Below are positions 27,797-39,866 of a DNA stretch of 64,000 nt, in pieces. The first letter of the stretch is position 1; the number at the start of each line of letters is the position of its first letter. The translations under genes were made by a program, and so were the position numbers. A model generated the notes under the pieces. That model was not told where the DNA came from. It saw nothing but the letters and a program-made list of their open reading frames with translations, and did not search any database. The DNA comes from Eubacteriales bacterium (GTDB lineage: Bacteria > Bacillota > Clostridia > Oscillospirales > RGIG577), in NCBI GenBank assembly GCA_050943735.1, contig JBMNPT010000005.1, forward strand, positions 4,209 to 68,208. The letters are read 5' to 3'.

Positions 27797-28897
27797 ATGG
27801 GTATCAAGCATCTGATTGATTTTAACGACATGAGCAGAGAAGAGTGGGAAAAACTCTACGCTCTTACCTGTGATATCATTGACCATCCGGAAAAATACGC
27901 CCATGCTTGTGAAGGCAGATTGATGGCGACTCTGTTTTACGAGCCCAGCACTCGTACCATGTTTTCCTTCCAGGCAGCCATGCAGCGTCTGGGCGGCAAG
28001 ATCATCGGCTTTTCGGAGCCTGCCAATTCTTCGGTGGCGAAGGGGGAGGACCTGCAGGATACCATCAAGATTGTTTCCTCCTACACCGACATTGTGGTGA
28101 TGCGCAATCCCATTGAAGGAGCGGCCAAAGCGGTATCGCTGTACAGCTCGGTGCCGGTGGTCAACGCAGGCGATGGAGGACATTTGCACCCCACTCAGAC
28201 TCTGACCGATTTGACCACCATCGCCAAGGAAAAAGGCCATATGGATGGGCTGACAGTGGGCATGTGCGGCGACCTCAAAAATGGACGGACAGTTCATTCC
28301 CTCATCAAAGCGCTGTCTCGCTATGAAAATGTAACCTTTGTACTGGTTTCGCCCGATAATCTGAAGGTACCTCATTACCTGGTGGAGATGCTGCAGCGCA
28401 AAAATCTCCGCTGTGTGGAAACCACTGATTTGGACAGTGTCATTGGCCAGCTGGACATCCTCTATATGACCCGGGTACAGCGGGAACGGTTTGTCAGCAT
28501 GGAAGAATATGAGCGCTGCAAGGGAATTTATATTCTGGATACTGAAAAAATGAGTCACGCCAAGCCTGATATGCTGGTGATGCATCCCATGCCCATTGTG
28601 GATGAAATTACCCACGAGGTGGACGAAGATCCTCGGGCGGTATACTTCAAACAGGCTCGGTATGGCATGTTTGTCCGCATGGCGCTGATCTATTCCCTCA
28701 TTTATAAGAAAATTGACATCGCTGAAGACGACGGGCAGTATATTGAAACCAATCTCTCCTGTACCAACCCCCGGTGTGTATGTAACATTGAGCACTATCT
28801 GCCCCACCGGTTCAAAGCGGTAAAGAGCAATCCTGACATTGCGTACTGCATCTACTGCGAAAAACAATACAGCAGAAATGGGGAACAACATGGTTAA
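27797..28897 (+). CDS. pyrB: aspartate carbamoyltransferase catalytic chain with a C-terminal PyrI zinc-domain fusion
   Basis: STRTMFSF and HPTQ motifs mark the catalytic chain. The last ~60 aa (LSCTNPRCVCNIEHYLPHRFKAVKSNPDIAYCIYCEKQY) match the PyrI C-x4-C...C-x2-C Zn domain. Confidence 0.9.
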   Translation: MGIKHLIDFNDMSREEWEKLYALTCDIIDHPEKYAHACEGRLMATLFYEPSTRTMFSFQAAMQRLGGKIIGFSEPANSSVAKGEDLQDTIKIVSSYTDIVVMRNPIEGAAKAVSLYSSVPVVNAGDGGHLHPTQTLTDLTTIAKEKGHMDGLTVGMCGDLKNGRTVHSLIKALSRYENVTFVLVSPDNLKVPHYLVEMLQRKNLRCVETTDLDSVIGQLDILYMTRVQRERFVSMEEYERCKGIYILDTEKMSHAKPDMLVMHPMPIVDEITHEVDEDPRAVYFKQARYGMFVRMALIYSLIYKKIDIAEDDGQYIETNLSCTNPRCVCNIEHYLPHRFKAVKSNPDIAYCIYCEKQYSRNGEQHG

Positions 28898-30080
28898 TGT
28901 AATTCTGAAAAAAGGGGAGGAGGACCGTCTGCTGGCCGGTCAGCTGTGGGTCTATGACAATGAGATCGACTATGCCGATGATGAGTTTGTGCCTGGCGAA
29001 ATTGTAGAGGTCCTCAGCAGCAAAGGCCGTTTTTTGGGACGGGGATACATCAATCCCTTTTCCAAAATTTCAGTGCGGCTGCTCACCCGTCGCAGAGAGG
29101 AGATTGACCGGGATTTTTACCGCCGCAGATTGCAGGAAGCCTGGGCATACCGCCAGCGGCTGGGGTATGGGGATTCTCCCGACAACAACTGCTGCCGGGT
29201 GGTATTTGGCGAGGCGGATTTTTTGCCCGCCCTCATTGTGGACAAGTTTGGCGACTACCTGTGCGTTCAGACTCTGGCGCTGGGAGTGGATATCCACAAA
29301 GAGATGATCGCTGATCTGTTGGAGGAGATGTTTCATCCCAAGGGCATTTTCGAGCGCAACGATGTGCCGGTGCGGGAAAAAGAAGGTTTGCCGCAGCAAA
29401 AAGGATTTTTGCGGGGGCAATTTGACACCACAGTGGAAGTGGTGGAAAATGGCGTGCGGATGTACGTGGATTTGGAAAATGGACAAAAAACCGGGTATTT
29501 TCTGGATCAGAAGGAAAACCGGGCGGCCCTGCGTCCCTATATAGCGGGAAAACGGGTGCTGGACACCTTCAGTCATACCGGTGGTTTCGCGCTGCATGCT
29601 GCAAAATACGGCGCCGCTTCGGTGGAAGCGGTGGATATCTCTGCTCATGCCACCGAGTTTATTGCCCGCAATGCCCGGCTCAATGGATTTGACAATCTGA
29701 CTACCACTACAGACAATGTCTTTGACCTGCTCAACCGTTATGTGGAAGAGGGACGTACCTACGATGTGGTGATTTTGGATCCGCCGGCCTTTTGCAAGAC
29801 CCGCGCCAGCCAGAAAAACGCCTATCGAGGGTACAAGGAGATCAATCTGCGGGCTATGAAGCTGCTGGTGGACGGCGGTACCCTGATGACCTGTTCCTGC
29901 AGCCACTACATGTATCAGGATCTCTTCCTAAAAATGCTCAAAGAGGCGGCGGCGGATGCCCACAAGGACATTCGGGTCATGGAAAACCGCATGCAGTCCC
30001 GGGATCATCCGGTGGGACTCAATGCGGATGAGAGTTTTTATCTCAAATGTGTGATCGTGGAAGTCATGGATAGAAAATAA
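28890..30080 (+). CDS. class I SAM-dependent rRNA methyltransferase, PUA-domain (RlmI-like)
   Basis: MVNVILKKGEEDRLLAGQLWVYDNEI (PUA-like N-terminus) and VILDPPAF. The start overlaps the pyrB stop (ATGGTTAA). Confidence 0.85.
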   Translation: MVNVILKKGEEDRLLAGQLWVYDNEIDYADDEFVPGEIVEVLSSKGRFLGRGYINPFSKISVRLLTRRREEIDRDFYRRRLQEAWAYRQRLGYGDSPDNNCCRVVFGEADFLPALIVDKFGDYLCVQTLALGVDIHKEMIADLLEEMFHPKGIFERNDVPVREKEGLPQQKGFLRGQFDTTVEVVENGVRMYVDLENGQKTGYFLDQKENRAALRPYIAGKRVLDTFSHTGGFALHAAKYGAASVEAVDISAHATEFIARNARLNGFDNLTTTTDNVFDLLNRYVEEGRTYDVVILDPPAFCKTRASQKNAYRGYKEINLRAMKLLVDGGTLMTCSCSHYMYQDLFLKMLKEAAADAHKDIRVMENRMQSRDHPVGLNADESFYLKCVIVEVMDRK

Positions 30081-30166
30081 AAAAAGCAGCAGCCCCGCTT
30101 GTAAGAGCTCGGCTGCTGTTTTTGACAAAACCACCAAGAAATTGTTGATTCTTTGTAAAAAAAGTA

Positions 30167-30194
30167 TTGACATTCTGTGAACAGATGGTATAAT
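30167..30194 (+). promoter_or_regulatory. sigma-A promoter upstream of tRNA-Gly
   Basis: TTGACA, 16-nt spacer, then TGGTATAAT (extended -10). Confidence 0.55.
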
Positions 30195-30251
30195 AACAAT
30201 TGTCCCACAAAAAAGGACAAAAAGTGCCACTACATATGGTGGAGCATATTT

Positions 30252-30327
30252 GCGGACGTAGCTCATCTGGTAGAGCGCCACCTTGCCAAGGTGGAGGTAG
30301 CGGGTTCGAGCCCCGTCGTCCGCTCCA
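30252..30327 (+). tRNA. tRNA-Gly (anticodon GCC)
   Basis: Hand-folded with acceptor GCGGACG/CGTCCGC, anticodon stem CCACC/GGTGG, loop TTGCCAA, T-loop TTCGAGC and an encoded CCA. Confidence 0.9.
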
Positions 30328-30330
30328 TAA

Positions 30331-30362
30331 AGGACTTGCACAATAGTGCGGGTCTTTTTTTA
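30331..30362 (+). terminator. intrinsic terminator after tRNA-Gly
   Basis: GACTTGCAC/GTGCGGGTC stem (two G-U pairs) followed by T7. Confidence 0.6.
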
Positions 30363-30397
30363 TTTCTCACAAAAAAGACACCCCTCGGGTGTCTTTT

Positions 30398-30928
30398 TCA
30401 AATTGGATTGGATTGTGTTGCCAGCCGCGCCAGAATTCCCCTTGTGAAACAGCGCAGATTTTCTAAATCCTTTCGATCAGGATGCCCCTGTGACAGTTCG
30501 TAATTTCTCAATTGCTCTAGCAAACGGGGATTGTCAGGAGAATTTTTCAGCATTTCCAGATATTGCATGCGTGCAGATGGCGCCAATTTCCCCTGGCAGA
30601 GAAAGGTGCCCAGTACTTCATTGTCCTCCGGCAATTCCCGCAGAACATTGGATAATACCAATTGGCCATATTGCTCTACATCGCTGGAGCCCATGGTGCC
30701 AAACAATGCCACTTTACGGCCATGCAGTCCACTCAATACTTTTTGTGTCTTTTTATCACAGTGGCCTTTGTCATTCCAGAAACCAATAAACAGAACTTCA
30801 TTGCCGTTTTGCTCCAGAACTGTTTCCATAGGACGAATTTCTGCCGGCTGAGGCAGCTCCCGATACAGGGCATCTGCCAACAAGCGAGTGTTTCCGGTGA
30901 TACTGCTGTACAATACCATATATCGCAT
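30398..30928 (-). CDS. flavodoxin family protein
   Basis: MRYMVLYSSITGNTRLLADAL is a flavodoxin FMN-loop motif. Start at 30928 rather than the ORF-track 31027. A hairpin terminator lies at 30371-30397. Confidence 0.8.
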   Translation of the reverse strand: MRYMVLYSSITGNTRLLADALYRELPQPAEIRPMETVLEQNGNEVLFIGFWNDKGHCDKKTQKVLSGLHGRKVALFGTMGSSDVEQYGQLVLSNVLRELPEDNEVLGTFLCQGKLAPSARMQYLEMLKNSPDNPRLLEQLRNYELSQGHPDRKDLENLRCFTRGILARLATQSNPI

Positions 30929-31128
30929 AGGTTCCCTTCCTTTCTCTGTGTACATTGTATGAAATGACGCTACAATTGTCAATTTGCATTTTTGTTGTCT
31001 TTTGTCGTTTTTTCTTTTGGTGTTCACAGAGTGTTTACAATTTTCTGACGGAGTGAAGAAAATAAAAGAAAATGAAAGAATTTAGGTTAATGATTGAGAT
31101 ATATGGATATAATTCAATTAAATGGAAA

Positions 31129-31157
31129 TTGAAAAAAAGGAGTCAAATGCGTAATAT
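31129..31157 (+). promoter_or_regulatory. sigma-A promoter of groES-groEL
   Basis: TTGAAA, 17-nt spacer, TAATAT, immediately upstream of CIRCE. Confidence 0.55.
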
Positions 31158-31168
31158 AAGAGTTGTGA

Positions 31169-31195
31169 TTAGCACTACACCGAGGTGAGTGCTAA
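31169..31195. promoter_or_regulatory. CIRCE operator (HrcA binding site)
   Basis: TTAGCACT-N10-GAGTGCTAA matches the CIRCE consensus TTAGCACTC-N9-GAGTGCTAA. It lies 50 nt upstream of groES. Confidence 0.9.
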
Positions 31196-31227
31196 CAACG
31201 GTTTGGTTAAAAAATGATCTGTCATAG

Positions 31228-31530
<303 letters not shown>

Positions 31531-31567
31531 TTTCCGTACAACAATCACGTAAATAAAGGAGATATAG

Positions 31568-33205
<1,638 letters not shown>

Positions 33206-33229
33206 GATACAGCCTTTGGCAAAAAATAG

Positions 33230-33270
33230 AATCAAAGCCGATGCTCTATTTAGGGCATCGGCTTTTTTTA
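33230..33270 (+). terminator. intrinsic terminator after groEL
   Basis: AAAGCCGATGC/GCATCGGCTTT stem followed by a T-run. Confidence 0.8.
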
Positions 33271-33367
33271 TGTATAGATTGATTTGTTACATTTATATTA
33301 ATAAGGGTGCGAATGATTGCCTTTTTTGAGATAAAATGATATACTCAACCTGAAGGAGGTGTGGACT

Positions 33368-33811
33368 ATGTGGGACAATATGGTAGCGGTATGGCTGGTT
33401 TTGCTCATCGCCTTTGTGGTGGGAGAAGTGGCCACAGCGGGCCTGGTTTCCATCTGGTTCTGTTTTGGCGCTCTGGCTGCCATGATCATGGCGGTGCTGT
33501 CACTGGATGTGGCATTTCAGATCATCGTCTTTTTTGTGGTGTCCATCGTTTTGCTCCTGATTACCAAACCTTTTGTCAAACGATTTCTTTCCAGCAGGCC
33601 GGTGGCCACCAATGCGGATAAGATTTTGGGCGGCAAGGGAATCGTTGTGGAAACCATCGACAACGTGAAAGGATCCGGAGCTATCAAAATTGATGGGAAA
33701 GTGTGGACCGCACGCTGCACCCAGGATGTGGTGATCCCTGCCGGAAAAGAAGTACAGGTGGTGGAAATCCGTGGTGTGCGTGCCATTGTAAACCCCGTTT
33801 CGCAGCAATAA
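33368..33811 (+). CDS. NfeD family membrane protein
   Basis: N-terminal TM helices plus a C-terminal OB-like domain (GKGIVVETIDNVKGSGAIKIDGKVWTAR). It lies upstream of the SPFH gene. Confidence 0.85.
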   Translation: MWDNMVAVWLVLLIAFVVGEVATAGLVSIWFCFGALAAMIMAVLSLDVAFQIIVFFVVSIVLLLITKPFVKRFLSSRPVATNADKILGGKGIVVETIDNVKGSGAIKIDGKVWTARCTQDVVIPAGKEVQVVEIRGVRAIVNPVSQQ

Positions 33812-33842
33812 ATCAACTTGAAAACAGAAGGGAGTTCATCGT

Positions 33843-34766
33843 ATGCCGTTTTTGCTTGGTGCTATTGTCATTATTCTGATTCTGGTGGTTATGAATGTCA
33901 AAATCGTTCCTCAAGCACATGCCTATGTGGTGGAACGGTTGGGGGCCTATCATTCCACTTGGGGTGTGGGATTGCACTTTGCCATTCCCATCATCGACCG
34001 CATTTCCAAAAAAATCAATCTGAAGGAATTGGTGGCGGATTTTCTGCCCCAGCCGGTGATCACCAAGGACAACGTAACCATGCAGATTGATACCGTTATC
34101 TATTTGCAAATCACCGACCCCAAGCTGTATGCCTATGGCGTTGACAATCCCATGAAGGCTATTGAAAATCTGACTGCCACCACTTTGCGTAACATCATTG
34201 GTGATTTGGAGCTGGACCAGACCCTTACTTCCCGTGACATCATCAACTCCAAAATGCGGGCGATTCTGGATGAAGCCACCGATGCGTGGGGCATTAAGAT
34301 CAACCGTGTGGAGCTGAAAAATATCATGCCTCCCAAGGAAATTCAGGATTCCATGGAGAAGCAGATGAAGGCTGAGCGGGAACGTCGGGAAAAGATTCTG
34401 CAGGCAGAAGGTGAAAAGCGTAGCGCAGTTCTGGTGGCGGAAGGCGAAAAGGAATCGGCCATTTTGCGGGCTGAAGCGCAGAAACAGAGCGCTATTTTGG
34501 CCGCCGAAGCTGAAAAACAGAGTGCCATCCTGCGTGCTGAAGGTGAAGCAGAAGCCATTCGCGAAGTGCAGAAAGCAACTGCTGAAGGCTTGAAAATGCT
34601 CAACGAGGCCAATCCCGCACAGTCGGTTATTGCCATCAAGAGTCTGGAAGCATTCCAGAAGGCAGCCGATGGGAAGGCCACTAAGATCATCATTCCTTCC
34701 GAGATTCAGGGCATTGCCGGTCTGGCTACTTCTGTAAAAGAATTGGTGGTAGATGGTAAACAGTGA
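33843..34766 (+). CDS. SPFH/band-7 (stomatin-like) protein
   Basis: VPQAHAYVVERLGAY... with a coiled-coil AEAE repeat C-terminus. This is the classical NfeD-SPFH pair. Confidence 0.9.
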   Translation: MPFLLGAIVIILILVVMNVKIVPQAHAYVVERLGAYHSTWGVGLHFAIPIIDRISKKINLKELVADFLPQPVITKDNVTMQIDTVIYLQITDPKLYAYGVDNPMKAIENLTATTLRNIIGDLELDQTLTSRDIINSKMRAILDEATDAWGIKINRVELKNIMPPKEIQDSMEKQMKAERERREKILQAEGEKRSAVLVAEGEKESAILRAEAQKQSAILAAEAEKQSAILRAEGEAEAIREVQKATAEGLKMLNEANPAQSVIAIKSLEAFQKAADGKATKIIIPSEIQGIAGLATSVKELVVDGKQ

Positions 34767-34810
34767 TTTGCCATTATTAACAAAGATTTTACAATTTAAT
34801 TGTGCAATGT

Positions 34811-34843
34811 GCAAAAAGCGGCGCTTGTGCGCCGCTTTTTTTA
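34811..34843 (+). terminator. intrinsic terminator
   Basis: AAAAAGCGGCGC/GCGCCGCTTTTT stem with a T-run. Confidence 0.85.
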
Positions 34844-34967
34844 TACCGAGTGCCAAATTTTACAAGGAATGTGCAAAAGGACTTGCAAACTTCCCAATTG
34901 ATAGGATAGAATGAGGTCAGAAAAGGATGAGAGAGAAGAAATGACAAGCGATAGGAGGAAAGACGCT

Positions 34968-36731
34968 TTGACCAGAAAAACGAAAATTATCTGCACGCTG
35001 GGCCCTGCTACCGATCGAGAGGGCGTACTGGAAGAATTGATGAAAAATGGCCTCAATGTGGCCCGGTTGAACTTTTCCCATGGCTCTCATGAAGAACATG
35101 CCAAACGCATCGCACAGGTAAAGCAACTGCGGGAAAAACTGCAAATTCCGGTGGGGATTCTGCTGGATACACGCGGACCCGAAATTCGAGTGAAAACCTT
35201 TGCTCAGGGACAGGTGGAGTTGAAAGAAGGCGCTACTTTTACGCTGACTGCCCGTCCTGTGGAAGGAACGGAAGAGGAGGTCAGCATCACATATGATGCG
35301 TTGGCGCAGGATGTACAGCCGGGCACTCGTATTTTGCTGGACGACGGGCTCATTGAACTGCGGGTAGAAGCGGTGGAGGATACTGACATCCGCTGTGTGG
35401 TACTCAACGGCGGTGTTCTCTCCAACAACAAGAGTCTCAACATTCCGGACAGTCATCTGTCCCTGCCCTATATGAACGACAAGGATCGGGAAGATTTACT
35501 TTTCGGCATTGAACAGGGCGTGGATTTTGTGGCGGCCTCTTTTGTACGCAGCCGGAACGATGTTTTGGAAGTGCGCAAAATTTTGGAGAGTGGCGGCGGC
35601 GCCAACATCCAGATCATTGCCAAAATTGAAAACCGGGAAGGTGTGCGCAACTTTGAGGAAATCCTCAAAGTATGCGACGGTGTGATGGTGGCCCGGGGTG
35701 ATTTGGGTGTGGAAATCCCCTTCGCCGAAATTCCCAAAATTCAGAAGATGATGATTCGAAAAGGCCGTCAGGAGGGCAAAGTGGTGATCACCGCTACCCA
35801 GATGCTGGATTCTATGATCCGCAATCCACGCCCCACCCGGGCGGAAACCAGCGACGTGGCCAATGCCATCTACGACGGTAGCGGCGCCATCATGCTCTCG
35901 GGTGAAACCGCCATGGGCAAATACCCTGTGGAAGCTCTGGTAGCCATGAATGATATTGCGCAGGGAGCAGAAAGTGACATCAATTATCTGCGGCGTTTTA
36001 AGCAGATGGACACCGCCATCAGCGCCAACATCACCAATGCCATCTCTCACGCCACCTGCACCACTGCTCATGACCTGGGCGCCCGGGCCATCATCACTGT
36101 GACCAATTCCGGTCATACTGCCCGGATGGTTTGCAAATACCGGCCCAATTGTCCCATCATTGCCACCACTGCCTATGAAAAGGTATACCATCAGATGAGC
36201 CTGCTGTGGGGCGTGACACCCTTCCGCAGCGAACTGCAAAGTACCACAGACGAACTGTTTGATTCTGCAGTGCGTGCCGCAGAAAAAAGCGGTATGGTGG
36301 AAAGCGGCGATCTGGTGGTCATTACCGCTGGCGTGCCGGTGGGTATCAGCGGCACTACCAACATTCTGAAGGTTCAGATTGTGGGCAATGTGCTGGTGCG
36401 GGGGGAACGGGTCAATCAACAAGTGGCTTACGGCAATCTTCGGGTATGCCACACCGAAAAAGAGGCACTGGACAATTTTGTGCCCGGTGAAATTCTGGTT
36501 ATCCCCGAAACCAGCAATGAGCTCCTTACCGTTTTAAAGGGCGCTCGGGCTATCATCACTGAGGCATCCGGCCTGACCTCTCATGCTGCCATTGTGGGAT
36601 TGTCGCTGGACATCCCGGTGGTATGCGGCGCCAAAAATGCCACCAACTTGCTCAAAAGCGGGTTGGCCGTCACAGTGGACAGCTCTCGCGGATTGGTGTT
36701 GGGCGGCATCAGCCAGAGTCAGGCAGAATAA
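34968..36731 (+). CDS. pyk: pyruvate kinase with a C-terminal PEP-utilising (swivel) domain
   Basis: TRKTKIICTLGPAT... and a C-terminal TSHAAIV motif. TTG 34968 follows AGGAGG. ATG 34941 or 34911 are alternative starts. Confidence 0.92.
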   Translation: MTRKTKIICTLGPATDREGVLEELMKNGLNVARLNFSHGSHEEHAKRIAQVKQLREKLQIPVGILLDTRGPEIRVKTFAQGQVELKEGATFTLTARPVEGTEEEVSITYDALAQDVQPGTRILLDDGLIELRVEAVEDTDIRCVVLNGGVLSNNKSLNIPDSHLSLPYMNDKDREDLLFGIEQGVDFVAASFVRSRNDVLEVRKILESGGGANIQIIAKIENREGVRNFEEILKVCDGVMVARGDLGVEIPFAEIPKIQKMMIRKGRQEGKVVITATQMLDSMIRNPRPTRAETSDVANAIYDGSGAIMLSGETAMGKYPVEALVAMNDIAQGAESDINYLRRFKQMDTAISANITNAISHATCTTAHDLGARAIITVTNSGHTARMVCKYRPNCPIIATTAYEKVYHQMSLLWGVTPFRSELQSTTDELFDSAVRAAEKSGMVESGDLVVITAGVPVGISGTTNILKVQIVGNVLVRGERVNQQVAYGNLRVCHTEKEALDNFVPGEILVIPETSNELLTVLKGARAIITEASGLTSHAAIVGLSLDIPVVCGAKNATNLLKSGLAVTVDSSRGLVLGGISQSQAE

Positions 36732-36765
36732 CTTTTTTTGAAAAATTTATAAGGGTAGAAATACC

Positions 36766-36815
36766 TAAAAAACAAGGGCAAGGCAGACCGTAATGGTCTG
36801 CCTTGCCCTTTATAT
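36766..36815. terminator. bidirectional terminator between pyk and a convergent lipoprotein gene
   Basis: 16-bp stem AAGGGCAAGGCAGACC/GGTCTGCCTTGCCCTT. Confidence 0.8.
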
Positions 36816-36895
36816 AAGCTTCTCTTTAGAAAAAGATATCCACGAGGAAGCGGAAAGTTCACCACTTCCAATTTGTCACGCCATCTGCTTGGCGC

Positions 36896-37333
36896 TCAGG
36901 TAGAATAGTCCGAGTCTTGGACAATTTCATAATGAATGTCAATTGTTCCACCATTGGTGCCGGGCACGACTTTGAACTGGTATTCCTTGTCTGAACCCGA
37001 GTGATCCTGTTCCACTTCCAAAGAAATAGAGCCCTTTTCGCCAGCTTGGAAGGTCTTTTCACTCTGACCATTGATGGTTGCCACCACAGAATTTGTCCCG
37101 TTGTTTTCAACATACAAATTCACATATTTCCCATTGCCCTCATTCAGCGTTTGGGACACTCGCAGTCCCGTGTGATTGCTGATGTCACCATTGTCGATTT
37201 CGGTGGCAATTACTTCATTTGCGGCAGCATCGTCCGTATCGTCTGTATTTTTCTCCTGGCAGCCAACCAGTCCCAACAGGCAAGTGAACGCCACCGCCAC
37301 TGCAATGATGGATGTTATTGCAAATTTTTTCAT
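36896..37333 (-). CDS. hypothetical lipoprotein
   Basis: MKKFAITSIIAVAVAFTCLLGLVGC lipobox. The mature part is about 120 aa and beta-rich. Confidence 0.7.
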   Translation of the reverse strand: MKKFAITSIIAVAVAFTCLLGLVGCQEKNTDDTDDAAANEVIATEIDNGDISNHTGLRVSQTLNEGNGKYVNLYVENNGTNSVVATINGQSEKTFQAGEKGSISLEVEQDHSGSDKEYQFKVVPGTNGGTIDIHYEIVQDSDYST

Positions 37334-37597
37334 GAAGGAACCCCTCCGTAAATACTGTTTTTCACGAATCATTATAGTATAACATCCGCTGAAAGACAAT
37401 AGATTTTCCGAGGGCGTTGAATCTCCTATGGGATGGACTCTTTTTATGGTGAAATGCCCACAGAAATATCTGAAAACACTTTTGAAATTTTGCTCATGTT
37501 GGCAATTTTTTTCTTTGCTCTGTTCAAGGTGGGGAAAAGAATGCTATAATGAAATCAAGTAGTTTTCAATTCAGTTTTGAGGGATGAGGTGTTGCAT

Positions 37598-38101
37598 ATG
37601 AGTACCAATCTGAAAGTATGTGTGGTAATGGGGAGCGACAGTGATCTGCCGGTCATCAAAAAATGTCTGGCCATGCTGGACAAGTTTGAGGTGTCCTATG
37701 ATGTACATGTGATCTCCGCTCACCGCACCCCCTATCAGGCCGAAGAGTTGGCCAAAAACGCCATTGCAAATGGTGTGGGCGTCATCATCGCCGCGGCGGG
37801 AAAGGCCGCTCATCTAGCTGGTGTGTTGGCCGCATACACCACATTGCCGGTGATTGGACTGCCCATTAAATCCTCTCTGATGGATGGTCTGGACTCTCTG
37901 TTGTCCATGGTACAGATGCCCAAGGGAATTCCGGTGGCTTGTGTGGCTGTGGATGGTGCTGAAAACGCAGGCATTCTGGCTGCGCAAATGCTGGCTTTGA
38001 ACGATGGGGAACTGATGGCACGTTTGATGCAGTACAAGGCCGATATGGCAGAAGAAGTGTGCCGTAAGGACAGACAGTTGAGGGAAGAATTGGGACTGTA
38101 A
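37598..38101 (+). CDS. purE: 5-(carboxyamino)imidazole ribonucleotide mutase
   Basis: [13 protein letters not shown]...HVISAHRTP. Confidence 0.93.
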   Translation: MSTNLKVCVVMGSDSDLPVIKKCLAMLDKFEVSYDVHVISAHRTPYQAEELAKNAIANGVGVIIAAAGKAAHLAGVLAAYTTLPVIGLPIKSSLMDGLDSLLSMVQMPKGIPVACVAVDGAENAGILAAQMLALNDGELMARLMQYKADMAEEVCRKDRQLREELGL

Positions 38102-38120
38102 AAGGAAAGAGAGGCGTGTG

Positions 38121-39158
38121 ATGAAGAGTTTTAGCGAGAGCTACAAATCCGCCGGCGTGGACGTGGTGGCCGGGTACAAGTCTGTGGAACTGATGAAAGA
38201 ACATGTGAAACGGACTCGCGTCAAAGGCATGATGAGTGCCATTGGCGGGTTTGGAGGACTATTTGAGCTGGATACCCAGGCCTATCCCCAGCCGGTACTG
38301 GTGAGCGGTACCGATGGAGTGGGCACCAAGCTGAAACTGGCTTTTTTGATGGACAAGCACGACACAGTGGGACAGGATTGTGTGGCCATGTGTGTCAATG
38401 ACGTGATTTGCTGTGGAGCCAAGCCCCTCTTTTTCCTGGATTACATTGCCTGTGGGAAAAATTATCCCGAAAAAATCGCCAGCATTGTAAAGGGTGTGGC
38501 GGATGGTTGCGTACTCAGTGACTGTGGTCTGGTGGGCGGCGAGACCGCTGAAATGCCTGGATTTTACCCCATTGACGAATACGATTTGGCCGGCTTTACC
38601 GTGGGCGTAGTCAACAAGGATCAAATCATCGACGGTTCCGGAATGCAGGTGGGAGATGTGATCATCGGACTGGCTTCCAGCGGTGTGCACTCCAACGGTT
38701 TTTCTTTGGTGCGCAAGGTATTTGGCATCAACAAGGATGCCGTACACATGCCTATGGAAGAGTTAGGGATGACTCTGGGCGAATGCCTGTTGACTCCCAC
38801 CCGCATCTATGTGAAACCCATGCTGGAAGTGATTGCAAACACCTCTGTGAAAGCCATTAGCCATATCACCGGCGGTGGATTCTATGAAAACATCCCCAGA
38901 ATGCTCAAGGATGGCTGCAAGGCAGTGATCCGCAAGGAGGCCCTGCCCACGCTGCCCATCTTCCCGCTGATTCAAAAGGTGGGCAACATCCCCGAGCGGG
39001 ATATGTTCAACACCTTCAACATGGGTGTGGGTATGATGTTTGTGGTATCCCCCGATGAGGCACAGAAGGCCATTGACATTTGCACCCGCATGGGTGAAAA
39101 AGCCTGTGTGATCGGCGAGATCGCTCAGGGTGACAAAGAAGTGGAGATCATAGGCTGA
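38121..39158 (+). CDS. purM: phosphoribosylformylglycinamidine cyclo-ligase (AIR synthetase)
   Basis: SYKSAGVDV...[10 protein letters not shown]. Confidence 0.93.
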   Translation: MKSFSESYKSAGVDVVAGYKSVELMKEHVKRTRVKGMMSAIGGFGGLFELDTQAYPQPVLVSGTDGVGTKLKLAFLMDKHDTVGQDCVAMCVNDVICCGAKPLFFLDYIACGKNYPEKIASIVKGVADGCVLSDCGLVGGETAEMPGFYPIDEYDLAGFTVGVVNKDQIIDGSGMQVGDVIIGLASSGVHSNGFSLVRKVFGINKDAVHMPMEELGMTLGECLLTPTRIYVKPMLEVIANTSVKAISHITGGGFYENIPRMLKDGCKAVIRKEALPTLPIFPLIQKVGNIPERDMFNTFNMGVGMMFVVSPDEAQKAIDICTRMGEKACVIGEIAQGDKEVEIIG

Positions 39159-39796
39159 TGGAAAGAGCAAACAAACGCATTGCGGTGCTGGTTTCCGGCG
39201 GAGGCACCAATTTGCAGGCCATACTGGATGCCATGGATGCCGGAAAAATCACCGGCGGGGAAATTGTTCGGGTCATTGCCTCCAAGCCGGGCGTCTATGC
39301 ATTGGAGAGGGCGGAGAAGCATCATATTCCCACTGCGGTGATTCAGCGCCGGGATTTTGCCGACGGAGCCGATTTTGACCAGGCCATGCTGCGCCAGCTG
39401 CGGGAGGACCGGATCGATTTGGTGGTACTGGCGGGGTATCTTTCCATCTTGGGAGAACAGCTGACCCGAGAGTACGCCAACCGCATTCTCAACATTCATC
39501 CCGCGCTGATTCCGTCCTTTTGCGGACCGGGGGCCTACGGGCTGCACGTGCATGAGAAGGCTTTAGCCTATGGGGTGAAAGTCACTGGTGCGACGGTCCA
39601 TTTTGTGAATGAAGTGGTGGATGGAGGTGCAATTATCCTGCAAAAAGCAGTAAAAGTGGAGGATGATGACACCCCTGAGAGTTTGCAGAAACGGGTGATG
39701 GAACAGGCGGAATGGGAACTGCTGCCCCGCGCGGTGGATCTCTTCTGCAATGACCGGCTGGTCATTACAGGCCGTCAAGTCCGCATCCTGGAATAA
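39158..39796 (+). CDS. purN: phosphoribosylglycinamide formyltransferase
   Basis: IAVLVSGGGTNLQAILDA...NIHPALIP. The start overlaps the purM stop. Confidence 0.92.
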   Translation: MERANKRIAVLVSGGGTNLQAILDAMDAGKITGGEIVRVIASKPGVYALERAEKHHIPTAVIQRRDFADGADFDQAMLRQLREDRIDLVVLAGYLSILGEQLTREYANRILNIHPALIPSFCGPGAYGLHVHEKALAYGVKVTGATVHFVNEVVDGGAIILQKAVKVEDDDTPESLQKRVMEQAEWELLPRAVDLFCNDRLVITGRQVRILE

Positions 39797-39866
39797 ACAC
39801 AAACAGGCTGGTGGTATGACACATCCCTCGCCAGCCCCGGATCATGGAAGATTGGAGTGACCATTT

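Noticed and set aside
28839-28889. The upstream ATG (28839) of the rlmI-like gene.
   Set aside because: It would overlap pyrB by 59 nt. ATG 28890 gives the conserved MVNVILKKG N-terminus and a typical ATGGTTAA stop/start overlap.
37400-37597. I looked for a purine or ZTP riboswitch, or a T-box-like leader, upstream of purE.
   Set aside because: No match to the conserved purine aptamer core or the ZTP (pfl) motif was visible. Only a plausible promoter (TATAAT at about 37543) and a short leader are present.
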